Source of the DNA: Sedimentisphaeraceae bacterium JB056
GTDB taxonomy: Bacteria > Planctomycetota > Phycisphaerae > Sedimentisphaerales > Sedimentisphaeraceae
NCBI GenBank assembly: GCA_044440125.1
Contig: JBITAJ010000011.1
Location: 64,001-128,000, forward strand
Direction of reading: 5' to 3'
Length of the DNA stretch: 64,000 bases
Shown: in pieces, positions 58,910 through 64,000 of the stretch
Position numbering within the stretch: position 1 is the first letter of the stretch
Layout: the number at the start of each line of letters is the position of its first letter
The notes under the pieces: generated by a model
What the model was told of the DNA's origin: nothing
The model's input: only the letters and a program-made list of their open reading frames with translations
Database searches by the model: none
Program-made: the position numbers and the translations under genes

Positions 58910-59944
58910 ATGTTATTATACTTTATCAGGATGTTGTTTGTCCTTATCATCATTGCAGTGCTTTTCATGGCTCTTGATTCGGGAGTTGAGTCTGGAGTTT
59001 TGAATGAACCTCGATTGCTTACAGGCTACCTTATTGCGATGTTCATGGCGATATTGGTTATTGTCTTGGATTGGTTGACACCTAAGAAATACCTCGCATC
59101 TCTTGCCGGAATCTTCTTTGGAATATTGGTTGGTATGCTTATAAGCTGGGCACTCAGTCCGCTTATTGATATAATCAATGAGATCTATATACAGATGGAG
59201 CCGCAATCGCTGGGAACTACCAGGTGGATTGTGAGCTTGTGTATCTGTTATCTGACGGTTAGTGTGGTGATACGTACTAAGGACGATGTCCGTTTTATCA
59301 TACCTTACGTGGAGTTCTCAAGGCAAAGCAAAGGAGTGCGTCCACTTGTTCTGGATTCATCGGTAATCGTTGATGGCCGTATTGCTGAGCTTGTTGATAC
59401 CAAGATATTTGATGCTCCTTTCATTGTACCCCGATTTATACTGAACGAACTGCAATTGCTTTCGGATTCAGCTGACAAGTTGAAACGTGCTCGCGGCAGA
59501 AGGGGGCTTGATATGCTTGCAGCTCTTCAGGCAGATTCTGCGATTGAAATAAAAATAGATGACACACCTCCTCCGGGTCTTGATATGCACTCACCGGTCG
59601 ATCAGAAGCTTGTAGCGTTCACAAAGAACTGTGACGGCAGGTTAGTGACGACTGACTATAATCTTGGCAAGGTAGCACTTTTACGAGAGGTTGACGTTGT
59701 CAACATAAACGATATCGCTAAGAGTCTAAAGCCGATAGTGCTGCCAGGTGAGGCTATGGAGGTCAAGATAATTAAAGCGGGCGAAGAGGCTACTCAGGGC
59801 ATCGGCTATCTTGATGATGGGACTATGGTCGTTGTTGAGGGAGCGAAGAATATGATAGGCGAAGTTATAAAGGTGGCGATAACAAGTTCGCTTCAGACAT
59901 CGGCGGGAAGAATGATTTTTGGAAAATATGAAAACGGTTTATAA
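58910..59944 (+). CDS. Membrane PIN/TRAM domain protein (YacL-like)
   Basis: Four TM helices; LDSSVIVDGRI, RGRRGLD and QGIGYLDDGTMVVVE motifs. Confidence 0.9.
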   Translation: MLLYFIRMLFVLIIIAVLFMALDSGVESGVLNEPRLLTGYLIAMFMAILVIVLDWLTPKKYLASLAGIFFGILVGMLISWALSPLIDIINEIYIQMEPQSLGTTRWIVSLCICYLTVSVVIRTKDDVRFIIPYVEFSRQSKGVRPLVLDSSVIVDGRIAELVDTKIFDAPFIVPRFILNELQLLSDSADKLKRARGRRGLDMLAALQADSAIEIKIDDTPPPGLDMHSPVDQKLVAFTKNCDGRLVTTDYNLGKVALLREVDVVNINDIAKSLKPIVLPGEAMEVKIIKAGEEATQGIGYLDDGTMVVVEGAKNMIGEVIKVAITSSLQTSAGRMIFGKYENGL

Positions 59945-60062
59945 GATTTTATTAAAACTTTTTTGGTATATTTTTGACAAAAGTCATATAATTTCCTTGC
60001 AATAAATCTCTAATTCAGTAAAGTATCCGTCTCGAATGATTTGACCCCTGCAAAGGGGTTGG

Positions 60063-60135
60063 GAAGGTGTAGCTCAGTAGGTAGAGCAACGGCCTTTTAA
60101 GCCGTAGGTCCTGGGTTCGAGCCCCAGCACCTTCA
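60063..60135 (+). tRNA. tRNA-Lys (anticodon TTT)
   Basis: Cloverleaf: GAAGGTG/CACCTTC acceptor stem, GCTC/GAGC D-stem, ACGGC-CTTTTAA-GCCGT anticodon arm, CTGGG-TTCGAGC-CCCAG T-arm; CCA not encoded. Confidence 0.97.
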
Positions 60136-60151
60136 TTTGATTTAACTAATT

Positions 60152-60184
60152 GGCTTCTAAGCATTTATGCTTAGAAGCCTTTTT
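60152..60184 (+). terminator. Terminator downstream of the tRNA
   Basis: GGCTTCTAAGCAT/ATGCTTAGAAGCC stem plus T tract. Confidence 0.8.
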
Positions 60185-60224
60185 CGTTTTAAAGCTCAAA
60201 ACACCCATTTTACCCCATAGTTCG

Positions 60225-60704
60225 TCAAAAGTTCGTCAATTTGCCAAAAACTTCGTCGGAAACTTGACGTGCCAGCTCTCTTTCAGATTTTCTCACGGAC
60301 AAATAATGAGATATTGTTGTCATATTCCAGCCGGTATTGCTTGAGATAAGCAGGGGAGCATCGTTGTCGATCGATTCACCGTTTTGCTGTTTCCACTTTA
60401 GGAAATCACGGCAGTGTTTTCTAAATGGTCCAACGAAAAACACCTGTCTCTTCTTGCTTCCTTTGCCACTGCGGACAAGCACTGAACATAGCTTCTCATC
60501 AAGAAATAAATCACCGCATTTAAGCTGTGATATCTCCATGACTCTAAGCCCGGTACTTAACGCAAGGTGAATGATGAAGCGATCTCTTGTTGCTGTCTTG
60601 CTTGCATTGGACTTTGCCCTGCGCGTTACTACACTTAGAAGCCTGCTTGCCTGCTGCTTATTGAGAAACTTATCCCGCTGCAGAACCCAGTTGTGTGTAC
60701 TCAT
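60225..60704 (-). pseudogene. Truncated tyrosine recombinase/integrase
   Basis: RDRFIIHLALSTGLRVMEISQL and GKGSKKRQV present; the HxxR and LGH motifs are missing. Confidence 0.8.
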
Positions 60705-61201
60705 CTCTTTTTAATCATAATTTTATTCCTTTCATATTTGGTGTGAAATATGAAACTTTCTAATGAGATAAGATGAGTATAAATACCTTTCTGTAAAACA
60801 GTTAAGAGGATAATATTTCTTTTATTGCAACACTGAATGACAACTTGAGGAAAAGAGAATTGAAAACAGAAATAGATGCAAAAACAGCCGAAAGAAAGCT
60901 GTTATCGACGAAAATTAAGGGGAAAATCTTTGAAAAAGTGATAAAAAAAGGTTCAGAAAACACACCTTTCCTGAACCTTTATGATAAATATTATAGCACA
61001 ATACAAATGCTTTGCAATAGGTTTGCGTAAATCTCAATGTCAAAATGCGACATTTGTTCTCTTGTGAGAGTACTTCTAACTGAGCCTTAAGATGAGTCAA
61101 TTGCCCGGTAGAGTTCTTTGTTGATACAATATGCAATACAGGTTGCCATTGTGATTAGAAATTTTTGTTTCATAGCCAGTAAATGATACAGAAATCAGTG
61201 A

Positions 61202-61771
61202 TTATTGCAATGTATTTCGTCCGCAGGGATTGTAAGTGACATTTCTGTCGATATTTATGACTATAGTGTTTTTGTACCCTACGACGTATTCAAGCTGTTC
61301 TACAGAAGAGAGTATGAGATGATTGAGACACTCATATTTTACAGTTTTGACATACCGTTCTGCGATAGCGTTCAAATCAGGACTTCGTGGTGGAAGTGTA
61401 ATTGGTTCGATCCCCGAACTTTTGAGGGTCTGATGAAATCCTTGTGAGCGAAACAAAGGATCTCGATCATGGATGAGGTAGCGTTTGCCGCTTAGAAATC
61501 CATCTTCAAAATCAGTAAGTATACGTGCGGCTTGGCGCATATACTGTCCATCAGGTTGGAGCTTAATAGGGGTGTAGAAGACTTTTCTTGTAGAAAGGTC
61601 AATAACGAAAAAGACCATGCATCTGATCAATCGTCCTCTTATAGATAATTCCACCGTAAAAAAGTCACATGCTGCAATTATATCCCAATGGCTTCTTAAG
61701 AATTCGTGCCATGTTGACCTGACTGACAGGTCTGGCTCAGGGTAACGTCCGTTTCTTTTCAATAAATACAA
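61202..61771 (-). pseudogene. Transposase fragment (rve integrase-core domain)
   Basis: TWHEFLRSH, ACDFFTV, LIHDRD and PRSPDLNAIAER motifs; lacks the N-terminal HTH and the C-terminus. Confidence 0.8.
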
Positions 61772-61997
61772 AATAATAAGTGTGGCGTAATATTGTTGGT
61801 AAATAGCCCAATTAGTTTATTTTTAATGCGTGTGAAGCTTAAAATAATCCAAATATTGCAAATTTAATCTATCCTCCTTGCTGTGTGTCGTAATGTGGCG
61901 AAATTTATACGCCATATGGCGTTGACTTGTTTGTGAATTAGAGTATTATGCAAATATGATTTAAGATTTAATATTTGCTTACTTTAAAAGGTGTTTT

Positions 61998-62861
61998 ATG
62001 AAAAAGCGAGGTTTTACCTTAATTGAATTATTAGTTGTTATCTCAATAATTGCTGTTTTGATGGCAATTATGATGCCGGCTTTGACCAAAGCCAGAAATC
62101 AAGCAAAAATAGTTTCATGTGTTGCAAATACTAAGCAGATTGCTACGATGGTTTCACTTTATCAGGCAGATAATAATGGCAAAGTTCCCTTGATGCTTAA
62201 TATTTGGGCTCTTCAGTATTGTCCTACAAGCAGTACTAATCTTTCTGTTGCCCTCCGTGATTATTATGATTTTTCAATACCTTCAGATTGGAATCCTAAA
62301 GAGAAATATTTAGGAGACAATTATTCAAGGGTTACTGAATATTACGAAAAACACATTGCTGACTATTTTGTATGCCCTTACAGTAGAGGAAAATCGTCTG
62401 TAGACACAGGCTGGAAAACGCTTGGGAAAGAGAAGATTCAGAATGGAGAGTTTCAACTGTACGAAATGTCAGGGTTTATGGAAAATTATAACACTCCACT
62501 CTGGCAATACAAAGCAGGAGAGGTCATAACATCGGATCTTAATGCGCCTGATGGTGTACGTCAGTATGGCAGTCTGGTATGGTGGAATCCCGGATCTGTT
62601 CCTAATGGTTATAATGCAAGAGACAGTTATGATAAGCTTACTGAAGCCAGATGGGGTCGGCCTTATCTTAAAGCAGTTAATGCACCTTCAATGGCGCAGG
62701 CTGTAGCATTCTGGTGCAGTGCTGGGCAGTTTCTTACTTCTACATATAATGAGCAGGGTGTTTACAATATGGGTAGTCATAAGAAAGGCAGCAGCGGCGG
62801 AACTAATGCTGCTTTTGGTGATATGCATGTTCAATGGGTTGATGGTTTAAGAATCAATTAA
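61998..62861 (+). CDS. Prepilin-type N-terminal cleavage/methylation protein (DUF1559-like)
   Basis: MKKRGFTLIELLVVISIIAVLMAIMMPAL; C-terminal H...GGTNAAFGDMHVQW. Confidence 0.9.
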   Translation: MKKRGFTLIELLVVISIIAVLMAIMMPALTKARNQAKIVSCVANTKQIATMVSLYQADNNGKVPLMLNIWALQYCPTSSTNLSVALRDYYDFSIPSDWNPKEKYLGDNYSRVTEYYEKHIADYFVCPYSRGKSSVDTGWKTLGKEKIQNGEFQLYEMSGFMENYNTPLWQYKAGEVITSDLNAPDGVRQYGSLVWWNPGSVPNGYNARDSYDKLTEARWGRPYLKAVNAPSMAQAVAFWCSAGQFLTSTYNEQGVYNMGSHKKGSSGGTNAAFGDMHVQWVDGLRIN

Positions 62862-62984
62862 AGTGATCATTTGATTGATTCGGTTATTTGGTGATTGACT
62901 TACTTTACCGCGCGGTTATAAAGTCTAAATCCAGGCCATATAGTGTGATATATTTAAGTATTATTCAATTTAGGAGAGTCTTAA

Positions 62985-64000
62985 ATGGTTAAGTTCATTA
63001 AGTTTATGTTATTAATTGTATTCGTGTTGGTGATTAGGGCCAATGCCGATCAAGTGCGTTGGAATTCAACGTGGGCTGATACTGATTGGTTTAATCAGAG
63101 TAACTGGGACACCTCAACTGTGCCTGGGACAAGTGATTTTGCTTTTATTGAAAGGTCAGTTGGAGTTGTGCTCAATGGCGGTTCACCGACAATCGATCAG
63201 TTATTGGTTGGTGGTAGTGGTGATCCGAATTCATCCCTTACAGTATCAACAGGTGAAACATTTACAACGAATCATTTGAAAATAGCCGAATATGCGGGTA
63301 CTGTAGGTGATGTGAATGTAAATGGCGGTGATATAGTAGTTAATGGTACATTACGTATGTCGCGTGCGGATGATGCAGGGTGTCAGGCCTATCTCAGAAT
63401 TGATTCCGGAACATTTACTACCGGTTCTGCAGTTTTAGATGAGTTTGGTGTAACTGCAGGATATGGTGCTTTTGTTGATATTAAACAGGGTTCTTTTACT
63501 GTTAATGGTGATGTTGTATCAAATATGTTCAGTTATGTTGATAATGGACAGCTTACCGGATACGGCGAAGGTGAGAATGTCCGAGTTAAATATGCTGATT
63601 CAAAAACAACGGCGTATGCCGATGATCCCGATGCAGCATTAGGCTCAACGCAGATAAGATATCATTATGCTTACGAAGATGGTAACTGGTTTAATCCTAT
63701 GAACTGGGATGTTTCCAATCTTGGCGGTGGTTACAGATTGCCGAGGCTCATTGATTTCGCTTTCGTAGACAGAGATGTTGATGCATATCTGGAAAATGGA
63801 ACGGCAGAGGTTTATGATATGTTTATGGGGGAAAACACCAATGGAGTAGTGTTGACTGTAGGTACTGGCGGTGTGCTCAATATTACCCGTATTCTTGCAA
63901 TATCAGAGTATGATGACAGTGATGGTACTATGATTGTTGAGAACGGCGGTGTGGTAAATGTTATTGGTACTTTAAGAATGTCAAGGAATGATTCTGATAC
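62985..64000 (+). CDS. Secreted repeat protein (runs off the window)
   Basis: AGGAG RBS; MVKFIKFMLLIVFVLVIRANADQ signal peptide; frame open to the end with a duplicated module (DWFNQSNWD...GTLRMSRADD / NWFNPMNWD...GTLRMSRNDS). Confidence 0.8.
   Translation, partial: MVKFIKFMLLIVFVLVIRANADQVRWNSTWADTDWFNQSNWDTSTVPGTSDFAFIERSVGVVLNGGSPTIDQLLVGGSGDPNSSLTVSTGETFTTNHLKIAEYAGTVGDVNVNGGDIVVNGTLRMSRADDAGCQAYLRIDSGTFTTGSAVLDEFGVTAGYGAFVDIKQGSFTVNGDVVSNMFSYVDNGQLTGYGEGENVRVKYADSKTTAYADDPDAALGSTQIRYHYAYEDGNWFNPMNWDVSNLGGGYRLPRLIDFAFVDRDVDAYLENGTAEVYDMFMGENTNGVVLTVGTGGVLNITRILAISEYDDSDGTMIVENGGVVNVIGTLRMSRNDSD

Noticed and set aside
63043..63279. 78-aa plus-strand ORF
   Set aside because: Out-of-frame overlap with the longer secreted-protein gene starting at 62985.

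Overview
Bacterial chromosomal window, most consistent with an anaerobic planctomycete (Phycisphaerae/Sedimentisphaerales-like). This is inferred from the prepilin/H-X9-DG proteins, dockerin-like C-termini, a PEP-CTERM protein, Tat sulfatases and an [FeFe]-hydrogenase. From left to right: (1) a LacI-linked sulfated-glycan utilisation locus (DUF1961, SSS symporter, BNR-4 protein, two sulfatases, prepilin-like protein, triple-repeat dockerin protein); (2) a PEP-CTERM gene followed by a 3198-aa modular surface protein; (3) SDRs, dnaA with upstream DnaA boxes, rsmB, fmt, def and a GT9 heptosyltransferase; (4) a C-rich to G-rich strand-skew switch near 34 kb (candidate oriC), followed by a damaged defence patch: SLATT/DUF4231, an IS4 with 27-bp IRs and no target duplication, the 3' half of an Ec67-like retron RT-TOPRIM gene, and a RelE/Phd toxin-antitoxin pair; (5) housekeeping genes (mscS, recQ, dinB, ECF sigma, PPIase, acpS, mnmG, PP2C); (6) a three-gene [FeFe]-hydrogenase whose NuoF-like subunit is fused to a GltD-like module; (7) a radical SAM protein, cysK, a PIN/TRAM protein and tRNA-Lys(TTT), followed by a decayed integrated island carrying a second prepilin locus. 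All calls come from motif recognition by eye; no searches were run.
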